DNA of 63,001 bases, counting the filler, from Ministeria vibrans ATCC 50519 (lineage: Eukaryota > Protista > Filasterea): NCBI GenBank assembly GCA_943704425.1. It is 6 parts of 6 records of this genome, joined end to end, with 100 filler letters (N's around TTAATTAATTAA, not from the genome) between each part and the next. Parts side by side here need not be neighbours in the genome. Positions count along the whole stretch, not along the records: positions 1 to 26,567 come from CALSCP010000899.1; 5 more parts are not named here. The stretch is one strand, 5' to 3'. Both the position numbers and the translations under genes were made by a program. The notes under the pieces were generated by a model. The model was not told where the DNA came from, did no database searches, and saw only the letters and a list, made by a program, of their open reading frames with translations. Shown one piece after another: positions 1 to 13,122 of the stretch. The first letter of the stretch is position 1, and every line of letters starts with the position of its first letter.

Positions 1-86
<86 letters not shown>

Positions 87-160
87 TCTCTTCTCTCTCT
101 CTCTCTCCTCTCTTCTCTACTCTCTCCTCTTCTCTTCTCTACTACTTTTCCTTTCTTCCT
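1..160. repeat. (CT)n microsatellite / pyrimidine tract (intronic in OAT)
   Basis: Direct reading: long tctc run degenerating toward 160. Confidence 0.95.
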
Positions 161-230
161 CCTTTATTGAGTTTTTTCTATACGTCCCTGTATATTGATG
201 AGAATGTGGCGTATTGTTTCACTTGTGTAG

Positions 231-841
231 ATTCAAACGGGCCTGTGTCGCACGGGCGAAATGCTTGCAGTGGCGCACGACAAAGCTCGCCCCGATCTGA
301 TTGTGCTGGGCAAGGCGCTGAGTGGTGGCATGATGCCTGTCTCAGCCGTGCTCGCTGACGATGAGGTCATGTTGGGCATTCGTCCGGGCCAGCACGGCTC
401 GACGTACGGCGGGAACCCGTTGGCCTGTGCAGTGGCCGTCGAAGCACTCCAGGTGTGTGTTTCGTGTGACTGTTTGTCTTTTAGACTTCTCACTCTCACC
501 TTTTTTTCTTTTTATCGTAGATCCTCAAGGATGAGAATCTGGCTGCGCGCGCCACTGTTCTCGGAGACAAGTTCCGCAATCGACTGAACGAGGTTAAGGC
601 GAAGCACTCACTGGATTTCATTGAGGAGACGCGGGGACGTGGACTTCTCAACGCAGTGGTCATCAGCGAATCACACCACACGTCGGCGAAGAAAATCTGT
701 CTGCGCCTGTTGGACGCCGGTCTGCTTGCCAAGCCCACCCACAACCACATCATTCGTTTTGCACCTCCTTTGGTCATGTCGGATGCGCAAGCAGAGGAGG
801 GACTCGATATTATCGAGAAGGTTCTCGTCTCGGCAAAGTAA
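231..841 (+). CDS. OAT: Ornithine aminotransferase, 3' part (exons 231-452, 521-841)
   Basis: [12 protein letters not shown]-lysine motif [43 protein letters not shown]; GT-AG intron 453-520. Confidence 0.95.
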
Positions 842-886
842 AGGAATATATATATTTTTTTCTTTACGACTTTCTTTTTCTTCGGT

Positions 887-3042
887 TCACTGGGCCAATT
901 CATTGTGCATTCGCTTCTCCCAGCCGCTTAAATTGGACTGTATCACGTCAAGGACGCCCTGGGCACCCACAGGGAAGAGTGACGCGAGCGCAGAGTAGAC
1001 AGGCAGACACACGTTACGCAAAAAGCCTACTTGGAGTTTGTTTTTGTTGGCGCGTGACCGATCGAACATCTCGAGGGGCTCTTTGCCACGGGCGCGTTCA
1101 AGGTCGCCTTGGTTGAAGAACTCCTCGTAGACAAGGTCGGCAAGCGGGAAGGAGATATCCCAGGATTTGGCGGCGGCAGAGAGGTCGCAGGCGGTCATGC
1201 AGAGGGAGAGAAGCGCAAGACGGTCGGGGGATGAGCGCACGGGGAGAAAGGAAGATGAGGCATCCTTGTTGTTGAGACGCGCTTGGAGTGAAGGAAAGTC
1301 GCGGAAGTGGCAGCCAAGGTCCGTTGCGAGCACAATGTGCTTAAGCAGTAAGTGTGCGTGCTCTTCGGCGTCGCTTGACAGTGCACTAAGCAGCTGACAC
1401 CCTTCCATACTGAGTAGTACGGTTGCCTTTAGAGACAAGAAGATAATAGCATTAACTACTACTGTTAGATGTATGAGTTATAAGCTTACTTGTGCGAGGT
1501 GGTGGCGCTCTAGGAGAGAGCCTTCGCTGGCGTAGAGAGAGGCGAGAGGCGAGTCAGAGATGAGGAGGTAGTTGCCGTTGGTGCCGCGATGGTCAAGGTC
1601 GTGGCAGAGACACGAGATGAAGAGCATGTCACGTTCAAGTGGAGTAAGACCGGAGGTAGCGGGGAGCGACGTAAGAGTGCAGAGTGCATAGGCAAAATGA
1701 GTGACGGTGGCGGCATGAAAAAAGTTGTGGTAGGGAACGGAGCGGTAGGCACGACGAGCGGCGTGGACAAAGCGCACGGCGGTGTCTAAGGGCACCTGTA
1801 GACGCTCGAGGAGGCCCAGTTCGCGCATCATAAGCACAAGATGCACCACGACCGTGTCTGTGTCGGGCTCGGACTTTGGGTTGTAGTCGAAGGAGCGGAC
1901 ACGGTCGGGGAGACATTGGTCGGGCTGGACACGCGCCAGAAGGGCACTGAGAGTCGTCTCGTCGATACGCCATTGCTCGGTGATCATTTCCATGGTGATG
2001 TGATGCTGTGCTTCGATGCGACGCAAACGATCGAGGGTCATGGCGTGACGCAAGGTGGCGGCGACACACGCGGCAAAGCGAGCGGCGCTGTGCACGTCCT
2101 GCTCACTGAATCCTCCCTTGTCGCACTTGTTCATAAGCTCCAGGACCGCCACTACACGGTTCGAGTCGTCGCCTACAATAGGTACGGCAAGAAGCGAGCG
2201 AGTGTGTGTGTTGAATTGCTTGTCGAGGGTGGCATTGAAGCGAGTGTCGTCCTGTGCATTGTTGGAGACCACCGTCTCACGTGTAGCGACTGCGGCGCCC
2301 ACAATCCCTTGTGAAATGGGGATGCGAATTTGACGCCAGTCGCTCTCCTTTGCCGTGTTCGTGATGGTGGACGAGGAAGATTGCATTGTTTTGGCGTGGG
2401 GGGAAGTACAGTCGAAAAGGCGAGCAACAAGTTCAGTGCCAGCGTCGCTGACAAAGAAGAGGGATCCTCGCTCGGCGTGCACGAGCGCAATAGCCTCCTC
2501 CAGGATGGCCAGTAGCGTTGCATCGGTGTCTGTATCAAAGAGAGCCTGGGCAATGCGGTCGACGACCTCCGCTTCGACGAGGGCCGGGCCCGCCAGCGTC
2601 TCTGCAATGCTCTTGGACAAGGGCGCAACAAACCGCTCGGCCAGCGCCACCACATCGCCATTCAACGCACTCGACTCCACCCACACCACTGAAACCAACG
2701 TACCATCCGTGGCACGCACACGAATGGGTGTTCCGCCGGCCGTCGACGGAGGAATGCTTGCGTGTAGTTTGGCGGCATGTCCCGTCATTCTTGAAATCTA
2801 AGTTCAACCACAGTCCAACCATGCGTTAACTCAAAAAGATAGATAGATAGAGAGAGAGAGAGAGCTGGCGTGAACTACACTTGTGTTTTTCACCGTACTT
2901 GTGACTCAACAGCGCCAATTAGATCGGCTGACGAGAGCGCAACAGTGAGAGCCTGAAGAGCAAAATGTCAAAACAACAAAAAAAAATCCATGTTTCACCT
3001 TACATCAAAGAGTTCTCGATCATTTGGCAGTGTGTGAGTCAT
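887..3042 (-). CDS. GAF-domain class I cyclic nucleotide phosphodiesterase, PDE2-like
   Basis: GAF domain with NK..FxxxD; catalytic YHNFFHA, HDLDHRGTN, LYASEGSLLERHH (PDE2A-like SEGS insert), TACDLS, EFFNQGD, LQVGF. Two short 5' exons inferred from ATG at 3042. Confidence 0.9.
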
Positions 3043-3210
3043 AAAATATATGCTGATCAGCTAAATGGGGCTCAGAGAGAGATCGGATTTAAAAGACTGA
3101 AAATAAAATGGGCAAAATTGTAAATCTCAATCTTTGAATCTCGAATTCACAAATTCATTAATAATAATTAATTAGCTTGGTTCTGCTCACCTTGTAATCG
3201 GTACTTTGGC

Positions 3211-3400
3211 ATGGGTAAGCACGAGTTCTTCTCGCCAAAGGCCATCGCCAATCGGATCAAAGTAAGACAGAATGACGTTCAACCCGTTTCATAGTCGCAC
3301 TTGTCGTGTAGAGTAAAGGCCTGCAGAAGCTGCGCTGGTGGTGTGAGCCTTGTCAGAAGCAGTGTCGGTAAGGCAGGATGCGGTGGCGTGCGTTTCTCTC

Positions 3401-3485
<85 letters not shown>

Positions 3486-4958
3486 GAACACATTTTCTTT
3501 TCGACTCACATCACATCTCGTTCGGTGTAGCGACGAAAACGGCTTCAAGTGCCACGCCTTGTCCGAGGCACACATTCGCATGATGAAGGTGTATCGCGAC
3601 AACAAGGGCAAGTTCACCGACAACTATACGCAGCAGTTTCTGCACTCCTTCCTGCGCTGTCTCAAGCGCCAGTACGGCACCAAGCGCGTCTATGCGAACC
3701 AGGTGTATCAGCAGATTGTGCGCGAGCCCGATCACGTCCACATGAATTCCACTCGCTGGACCACCCTCACCGGCTTCGTGCAGGTATGCGAGCGCACACA
3801 ACACCAAACAGGGCCCAAAATTCTTACTGTTTGCATGGTCGTTTTTTCCCCTATCCAAAGTTTCTTGGCACCGAAGGATACTGCAAAGTGGATGAGACAG
3901 ATAAAGGATGGTATATTACACTGATTGATCGTGATCCAAACGCGATTGCGCGTGCGCGCACGATGGAGAAGGAGGAGCGACGTCGACTGGACGACGAACA
4001 ACGTCATCAGAAGGTGATTATGGAGCAGGTGCGCAAGGGCCTTGAGGCGGAAGGGGGTGCAGGAGGGAGTACATCGGACACTACGGGTACAGCTGCTGTG
4101 GAAGGTGGGGGTGAACTGCGACGCGCAGATCCCAACGAGAAGATTGCACTTGAGTTGAAACCGGTCGAAGCAACTTCAACGAGCGGCACTACAACTTCCA
4201 CCACAACGACAACCACCACTTCTGGTCCTATGGGCGCCGTGCTTGCTCCCACTGCCGCTGTCAAGGGCCCTTCTGTGTTTTCCACACTTGCCAAACAGAG
4301 CGGCACAAGCACCAGCAAGAGCGGCACAGGTACAAAGAGAAAGCTGTCGGCTATGGAGGAACTCATGCTCGAGAACGAGGCGCAGAAGAAGCGCAAGGCG
4401 TCTGCTGCTGCCCCGCCACCGCCCCCGCAGGATCTTTGGATTGCCGTATGCACACATATCTGTCATGTCATCTCTTTATTCTTCATGTTCTCTCATGCAG
4501 GTCGACTTGATTGTCAAGGTGGTGCACAAGACTCTCGAAGGGGGTGCCTACTACAAGCGCAAGGGGGTTGTGACGGCCGTGGCGGACGCAGCCAAGTACC
4601 TGGCGGAGGTGGAGATGCTCGACTCGGGCGACGTCTTGCGTCTCGACCAAAAGGTTGGTGCTTCTCATTTATTCACTCACGCACCCCATTTACTTTACTT
4701 ACTCGCTCACTTTACGCACTCACTCACTCACTCACTCACTCACTCACTCACCTTTTCTTTCTTGAGCAGTATCTGGAGACTGTGATTCCGAACGAAGGGC
4801 GACGCGTGCGGGTGGTGCTGGGCGCCCATAGGGGTGCAACTGGGACCCTCTGTGCGCTTGATGTCGATCGCTTTGTGGCCCGTGTGCGTCTGGTCGAAGG
4901 CCCTTCCGACGAAAAGGCGCTTCCCTACGAATATATATGCAAGTTTACTGAGTCATAA
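3211..4958 (+). CDS. KIN: DNA/RNA-binding protein KIN17 (multi-exon)
   Basis: MGKHEFFSPKAIANRIK-SKGLQKLRWWCEPCQKQCRDENGFKCH, HVHMNSTRWTTLT, CKVDETDKGWYI, C-terminal KOW region LETVIP..YEYICK. Confidence 0.95.
3404..3480. repeat. (GT)n microsatellite in KIN17 intron
   Basis: Direct reading. Confidence 0.95.
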
Positions 4959-5159
4959 TGAAGACGAATGGGTATTGTACAAAAAAATAAATGCCAGATC
5001 AGATATCATCACAGTCCATTGGACCTAATGCCTGTTGGCTATTATTGAATATTGAGTGAGCATAGGTAGCTTAGAAAGTGGTTTTTGACTTTTGAGCTTT
5101 TACAATCATAATAAATTACTTCCTCTAAATATTTCTTCATTATTTCTGATATATCCAGT

Positions 5160-7492
5160 ATGCCGCGTCGAAAGCCATCGCTTGCAGATCAGATCGCAGC
5201 GCTGACTAATCCGGCACCGACCGAGGCGGATCCTGAGGTACGTTCTCTCTCTCTTTTTTTTTGACATTTTCGTCGTGTGTCGCGTCTGTCGATTCGTTTT
5301 TGCTTGTTTCTCGCGTGTCTGGTGTGTGGTGTGGTGTTTTGAATGGGCTGAAATGGACAGCTGGCGGAGAATTGGGCTGGATGCTTTGCACGTGGACAAA
5401 CACTGAACTTGAACACGTTTTGTAGGATTTTGAGCACAGCGGTGATCAGGCTCGTTTGGAAGAGTACAGCAGCGATGAAGATGCTGTTGGCAACGATTTT
5501 GGGGATGTGGTACGTGACCGAGATGCCAAGAGAGGGAGTGAAGGTGAGTTTACGGTTTTTTGCGCAGACGGATTTGCGGAAGCGTGCAGATTCAACGCGA
5601 CTGCTGGAGATGGACAACCGGTATGCGGGCCGTCGCGTGCGTCGCAAGGACTTGGGGATGGAGGCTGATGACCCAGAGTCTGAGTTTGAGTCGGCAGAGT
5701 CGGATGAGGAGAGTGATTCGCAGGAGGACAGCGAAGAGGAGGACGACAGCGAAGAGGAGGGCGACAGCGAAGAGGAGGAGGAGGAGGACGACTCGGATGG
5801 GCAAGACGAAGACGATTACGATAGCGACAATGAAGGAGATGAAGCGCTGGCCCAGTATACGGGCGTGACGCAAGCAGAAGTGTCCCTGAGCGAACAGATG
5901 AAGCGCATCAGCGAACAAGACACGGAAAAGGTACTGAGACTCAAAAACACCCTCGCACAACTAATGTCATAATAATAATTGAAATAGATCGCACTTGTGT
6001 CACAAACGAGCGACAAAGACCGCGAGCGAGGCATTGCAACGCGACACCAACTGCAGTTGCAGGATAGTTTCCTCGAGACGCGCATTCGACTACAGTCGCT
6101 TCTCACTCTGGCAAACCGGTTCCCTCGCACAATGGTACACAGAAATAGAGAGAGAGAAAGGAAGGAGAAAGAAACAAAGTGATACAGAGAGAGAGATAAA
6201 GTGATAGAGACAGAGAAACAAAGTGATAGAGAGAAAAAAAAGAACAAAGTGATAGAGAGCGAGAGAGAGAAAAAGACAAAGTGATGCGGACAGATGTATT
6301 TTATACCTTTGACTTACCGTTTTGCTGCTGGACAGGCGTTTACGGAGATGATGGCAGTGAAGGGAAACGAAGAGTTAGCTAAAAGTATGGGAAACACGCG
6401 CAAGTCATTGGGCTCAGTCGTCGACACTATGTTGGAACTGCAGTCAGTAAGAAACTGTGTGTACGCTGCTCATCATAAGGGGGTTGTTGATTTTGTGTTG
6501 TTTTTAGACGCTGCTGGGTCAGTTTGAGGAGACAGAGAGTCTGGTGTACAGCGAGGGAAAGCGCGGGAAAAAACGGAAAGCTGAAGAGAAGGAAGACGAA
6601 GGAGAAGAAGAAGAAGGAAGAGTGTGGGGACAGATTGAAGGACAGCACGAGCAGTTGCGGGGATGGATTCGGACGACGATTGAGCAGTGCAGTGCACGTG
6701 CGCAGATGGCGAGTGGCGGTGGAGGGGGCAGTACTGGCACGGCAATGCATGCAAAGAGGTTCAAGGCCATCAACCAGGTAGGGCGGCTGTGTGTCTGTCG
6801 GTCTGTCTTGTGTGTGTTAACTCTTTTCTTTATCACTAATAATTTGTTTTTCGTTTTTATGTTTTTTTTTTTCTATCTCCTTCTCCTTCTCTATTATGTA
6901 TAGTCGACTATGGCGCAAATTGACCGGCTGCTGCAGCACAACCATGCGCGACTGATGGAGCGGGCGCAGACGCGACGCAGCAACGACCGTGTGCTGTGTG
7001 AGACAGCACAGGAGCGCAAGGCACTGTCTCTGGTTTCAAGTGTACATGCTGATGGGAGTGGTGGAGGTCGTGAGGGAGCGGAGCGTCGTGAAGCCGAGTT
7101 TCCTGTGGACACTGAGCAGTTTGATGACAGTGACTTTTTCCAGTCGCTGTTGCGGGTGTTTGTCGAGCGGTCGCAAGAAGGCGGTGGCGGTGCGCTGGCG
7201 GGTGGAGGGGGCGGCAGTGCCCTGCATGCTGCGCGCGTGGCCCAGCAGCAGGCGACATTGGCTGCTCTTCGTCGCAAGATGAAGAAGGTGGTTGACCGTC
7301 GTGCAAGTAAAGGTCGCAAAATTCGGTATGAGAGAGACACACGATGGAAGAAAATAATTTAAATTTATTTTTCATCATAGGTATCATGTGCATGAGAAGC
7401 TTGTTGACTTTATGGTGCCCGATTCGTTTCTGTTGACACGCACGCACAATGACACGGCACGCTCTGAAATGATTTCTAGTCTCTTTCAGTAG
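5160..7492 (+). CDS. AATF: AATF/Che-1/Bfr2 ribosome biogenesis factor (multi-exon)
   Basis: N-term SLADQIAALTNPAPTEADPE, acidic tract, LETRIRLQ..L.LANRFP, FDDSDFFQSLLR, C-term VDRRASKGRKIRYHVHEKLVDFMVP. Confidence 0.92.
6170..6285 (+). repeat. Composite minisatellite AAACAAAGTGAT(AG)n, intronic array
   Basis: About 5 copies of a (C)AAAGTGAT anchor separated by variable AG runs; same unit occurs at 44675, 56028 and 60715. Confidence 0.85.
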
Positions 7493-7760
7493 TCACAATA
7501 ATACACAACCTTCAAATTCGCTTACAAGAATCTATTATGAATTTTAACAGTTTTAGTTTTCACTTCATTCAATTCACTTTCCTTGTTGTATTTTGATCTG
7601 TGCTACTGCTGACCATGATGATGATGATGATGATTCGCCCGTCTCTGAGACGAATGGTATTAGTTATCCTTCCCACCTTCTGCTTGCTCCACCCTGGTTC
7701 ACTCTATGGAGTGGACTGGCCATGAGATAAGTGTTGACTCTCGTCTCCCTTGACCTTGAT

Positions 7761-9945
7761 ATGGCCCAGGGGAGCTCGGCAATGCGACGCAATCCGTCGC
7801 GCGCATCATCGTCATCTTCATCGCCGTCTTCTTCCGCCGCGCTGCTCGACAATCAGGGTAGCCTGCCGTCGCTGCCGCTGCCATCCCTCGAGGCAACCTC
7901 CAAGCGATACTTGGCGTCGTTGGAGATGTTGCTGACGCCGGAGGAATTTGACAAGCGTCGTGTGCTCGTGGACGATTTGTGTGTCAGTCCGACTGGCGTG
8001 CGCCTTCAGGAGCGTCTGGAGGAGCGGAGCAAGAGCCAGCGCAACTGGCTCGACCAGTGGTGGGAAGAGTATGGGTTCTGGCGCAAACGATCGACACAGG
8101 CAGTCAATGGGAACGTAGGCGGTCCACTCGATCTCACGGCCCACTGGCCTGCCGTCGAGAATGCGCCGGCAGAAATTCAAATTGCTCGCACAACGTTGCT
8201 GCTGTATCACACTCTGCGCTTTTGGCGTGCAGTGGCAACACGTACTATGGTACCCGATGTGACTGCTCGCAATGAGCCGCTGTGCATGGCGCAGTACGAG
8301 CGAGCGTTCTCGACGACGCGGGTGCCGGGCATCACCTGCGATCACCTGCAACACGTTGAAGGGAGTCGTCACGTTGCAGTACTCGTGCGCGGCCGCATCT
8401 TTCGCCTGAATGTTCTTGAGGCAGACGACACGCTTGTGTCTATGGAGCAACTGGCGCGCTCACTGAGTGTCATTCACGCAACAGCATCGCTCATGGGCGA
8501 CGGCGACGCAGTCTCCGCGCTCACGACCTTGCCTCGCGCTGACTGGGCTCGCCTTCGCAACGACATTATTGCCCAGCCGGGTGGGCAAGAGGCCCTTGGC
8601 GACATTGAAGAGAGTATCGTTACAGTCTCTCTCGACGATGCGAGACCGCAGTCCATGGCACAAGTGAGCGCAACACCACAACACCAAAAAATTAATTGTA
8701 TTTTTTACCTTTTTTTTTTTGTAGGTGTCGTCGTTGACACTGCAAGGAGACTGCACGAACCGATGGTATGACAAGAGCGTGCAGTTGATCACGTTTGGCA
8801 ATGGTCTGCTGGGGATGAACAGCGAAGGGAGTGCGGCAGAGGCAATGGTGTATGTGCGGTGTTTCGGTGATGTTGGCGGTGCGATGGTGGACGATGGTGC
8901 AAGTCACGAGATGGCGTTGCGCGAGGCTGCACGTGAGGCTCGCATGACGATGAGTGCGTTGAGTGTGTTGCAGAGTGGTGCGCGTGAGGTGAGAGTGCCC
9001 ATCACAAGCGAGATACGCTCCAAGTGGATTCCGGAGGCGCGTGCACTGTACACGCGAGACCTGGCACGCCTGTCGGTATGTGCCTATGAGCAGACGGGCG
9101 TGCGAACGGCCGCAGACGGAATGGCGGTGCCTGCGCTGGGACGTGCCGCGCTCGAGACGGTCCGCCTGCACTCCGACTTTGTCGTGCAGATGGCACTGCA
9201 GCTGGCCCTGCACCGTGTCCACGGTCGTCCTTTTGTGTCTGTTGCGCCTGCCAGCACGCGCGCCTTCTTCCATGGCCGTACTGACCTGGCACGCACTGTC
9301 TCGCGTCCGTCTGTTGAGTTTACGCGTATTATGTGTGACCCGTCTGCATCGCTCGTCGACCGTTTCAAAGCGCTGAGCTTTGCCGTGCGTGCACACGCAG
9401 AGTCAATGATGGCTGCAACCAATGCACTCGGCGTGGACCGTCACCTCATGGGCCTGCAAGTATGATAAAGAGACAAAGACATTGATATGATGGAGTGATC
9501 TTTTTTGTGTTGTTAGATTGTTGCCGAGGCACTGAACAAGGAGGACGGAACGCCCGTGCCTGAGCTCTTCGCGGTGGATGACTATCTCAATCCCAACACA
9601 ACAGAGAGCCATGTCACTGCCTATCCCGTACGAGCCAAATTGCCGCATTGTCTTTTTTAATATTTTATTTTCTTATGTGGTGTGGTGTGTGTGTGTGTGT
9701 AGGCTGGGTACAGTGCGATGTCGTGGGGTGGCTTTGCGCCTGCAACGCGCGATGGCTATGGCGTTGCCTATACGATATTGGACGACGCAGTGCGCGTTGT
9801 GTGCACCAGCTGGGACCAGAGTGACTGTGCGAGTGCGAGTCGCTTGAGTGACGCGGTGCAGATGAGTCTTGACGATGTGGCTGAACTGGTGGCGCGTGCA
9901 ACGGCGCAGGTCAAAGCGCAAGAGGCGTACAAGAGCAGATTATAA
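7761..9945 (+). CDS. Choline/carnitine O-acyltransferase family protein (CROT/CrAT-like), PTS1 -SRL, catalytic His absent
   Basis: LPSLPLPSLE, NWLDQWW, LCMAQY..FSTTRVPG, NRWYDKS, D.VVQMALQLA, ASTRAFFHGRT, GVDRHLMGL, DGYGVAY; ends YKSRL*; 3 introns. Confidence 0.88.
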
Positions 9946-10042
9946 GAAATTGTTACATTTGCGGTTTGTTTACTTCGTGTCAAGGGTAGTTGAATGTATG
10001 TGAGAGAGAGGTGGTGGGGGGGGGTGAGATTTAATTGCAGAA

Positions 10043-10673
10043 TTAGGGCGAGAAGATGGCGTAGGGCGGTAGTGAGTTGAGATGTGCAACGAGCGCCGAG
10101 ACGTGCGTTTCAAAAGCATCGCATCGACCACGAATGGGCATTTCGACTGGGTAGAACGGGTTTTTCAGTACATAGTCGGTGTAGAGCTCGTAGATTTTGC
10201 GTAGAAGAGTCTCAGTGTGGTTTTGCGTCGGATCAGCAGTGACAAGAAACTTTGTGCCTAAATAACAAAAATAAATATATTTATTATGCATTGCGCGAGT
10301 GAGAGACAGAGAGTTGCGTCCAGCTGTGAGCGTACCGGTCAAGGTTTGAATACAGTTGATTTTGAAGGTGTCTGTGTCGAGCTGGTGCATACCGGAGCAG
10401 CCAGAGACTGGAGATATCTACAGACGAGCGGAGTGGATGTGTTTGAGAAGGGTCTTCGCTGAAAGGGCCCTTGCGACACACCTTGGCGGTGATGGCGTGT
10501 AAACTATGGAATGTACTTGCTAGCACGATGCCTGCGGAAGAGAGAGAAGCGTGAGGGGCGGCGTGAGAGCGCGAAGACGAACCTTCGTTGGCACTCAAAG
10601 GAGAAACTGTCCCAAACGGCTGCAAATAAATCAGAGTGCCGGCCTTGTTGATGATAAATAAGGAGTATATCAT
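10043..10673 (-). CDS. TRAPPC4: TRAPP subunit 4 (Trs23/synbindin), short form
   Basis: MIYSLFIINKAGTLIY, LASTFHSLHAI, QTLTGTKF, IYELYTDYVLKNPFYPVEMPIR; 3 introns. Confidence 0.93.
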
Positions 10674-10763
10674 GATTGAGCCGAGAAAGTGCGGGAAAGT
10701 GACGGGCAGTGGACGATGCACTGACGATTAAAAAAAAAGTATGATTGGAAAATTGATTATATT

Positions 10764-12247
10764 TTACTGCAGTTTGTCAGCGATGATTTTTTCAAGCTTC
10801 ACACAGTCGATGGCAAAGTTACGGATGCCCTGAGCAAGTTTCTCGGTGGCCATTGCGTCCTCGTTGAAGAGCCAACGGAAGGAGGGCTCGTCCAAAGTCA
10901 TCTTTGCAATGTCCATTTGCTTGGCGGACGCGGCGTCCAGCTTGCGCTCCAGTGTGCCCGTCTCCGCCTGCAGCTGCTCCAGCAGCTTTGGACTGATCGT
11001 GAGGAAATCGCATCCCGCAAGCTCCTTGATCTCACCCAGATTACTATAAACGTACAGTAAGACATCACACACACACACACACACACACACACTAGAGATC
11101 ATACCGGAAACTGGCGCCCATGACAATAGTGGGAATGTTGAACTTCTTGTAGTAGGCGTAGATGCGAGAGACGGAGAGCACGCCGGGATCCTCGTGCGCC
11201 GCGTACTCGGCTGTGCCCGTCGACGCCTTGTACCAGTCAAGAATGCGCCCGACAAACGGCGAGATCAGCGTCACCTTGGCCTCAGCACACGCCACTGCCT
11301 GTCAAGTACAAGCGAAAGTTACACAAAACAGGATAAAATAAGGGTTGTTTTGCGTTTGTGTGTGTAAAGTGACAGAGTGAGTAAGTGGGTGAGTAAGTGA
11401 GGATGAATCTTTGTGGTGTCTTTGTGATGATATGTGTACTTGGGCGAAACTGAAGAGCAGTGTCAGATTGCAGTGAATTCCGTGCTCGGCTTCGAGCACC
11501 TTGGCCGCCTGAATACCCTCCCAGGTCGACGCGATTTTGACAAGCACGCGTTCCTTTGCAATGCCCGCTTCTTTGTACAACTGCAAACAACCAAAGGAAA
11601 GTCAAGTCGCACCCGACACTTTCAGAGTCGCATAAAAAAACACACCTCAATGATGTGGATCGCCTTCTTGATGGTCGCTGCTGTGTCAAAGGAGAGTCTA
11701 CAAGGCGCGCGGGGGGGGGAGGAGGGGGGCGCGTGCACGGCGTGGGGGTGAGCGAGTGACTTGTGCGCGCGACTGCACCTACCGAGCGTCCACTTCCGTT
11801 GAAACGCGTCCCGGGATGATCTTGAGGATCTCCACGCCAAAGTTCACCGCCAACTTGTCCATGGCAGCCTCAACCTTGCTGCTGCAGCCCGGCAGAAGGA
11901 AAGAAGCGTGAGAAATCGCTCTTGTGATAGGTTTTTTTTTTTTGTGTGTGTGTGTGTGAGTGTGAGTGTGCGAGTCAGTAGTACCCTTCGGCTGTGCGCC
12001 CATACGCAAGCGCATCGTCAATCAGCGACGCGTACTTGGGCAGCGCGGCGGCCTGCAGCAGCAGCGAGGGGTTTGTGGTGGCGTCCGTCGGCTTGTACTT
12101 CTCGATGGCTACACACAAGGGCGAGGGGATGAGGGGGGGCGGGGGGGGCGGGGGCGGAAGCGATCACTGTTGCTCGAGACATTCAAAGTCGCCCGTGTCC
12201 GCCACGACAGTCGTGTATGTTTTGAGTTGATCAAGGATTGAAGTCAT
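10764..12247 (-). CDS. TALDO1: Transaldolase (7 exons)
   Basis: [61 protein letters not shown]. Confidence 0.97.
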
Positions 12248-12566
12248 TGCAGCGTATAATAGTCACAACAGAGGAATAGCAATAAAAAATTAAAAATTGT
12301 GTGTGTGTGTGTGTGTGAAATGTAATACTAATCATTATTCGTTGATTTCGTTCATTTCGTTGACGGTTGACCTGTTCTTTCTTCAATTTAGCTTTCGGTA
12401 CAATCACATGCCATGAATAGTATATTATCTTGTACTCTTGTTTTGACATTGAGTACAGCTCTCGACCCTTTATATATTTTCTTATACCCATAAATAAATA
12501 GTTTTTCCTCTTATTCTTCTTCTAATACAATTCATCTGTTTCTTATACATAATGGTTCTGTACTTA

Positions 12567-12944
12567 CTATTCTGAGGCGGCGAATGCGGGATGGTTTTTC
12601 CAGTCGGAAATGAGATCCTGAATGTGCACAAGCGCTGTCAGATCCATTCGGGTCTTTCGAATGCGCTGCTCCATATGCGGCACAAGTTGTCGAATGGCCT
12701 GGTCATTGCGACGACGCGCAGTCGCAACAGTCTGTTGTACGAGTGCTTCGGTTGCACTCCACGACGCTTGACCACTGTCGTCATCATGATCGCTGTCACT
12801 GCTGCTCTCAAACTCAGACGGATAACACTCGAGCGCACTTTCCAGCATGATGGACGGCTCAACACCCCATTCTTCGGCAACACTACAAAACACACAAAAG
12901 GAAGAACAATGCATGCTACTAAGCCTAAGCACACACTAAGCACA

Positions 12945-13038
<94 letters not shown>

Positions 13039-13046
13039 ACNNNNNN

Positions 13047-13122
<76 letters not shown>

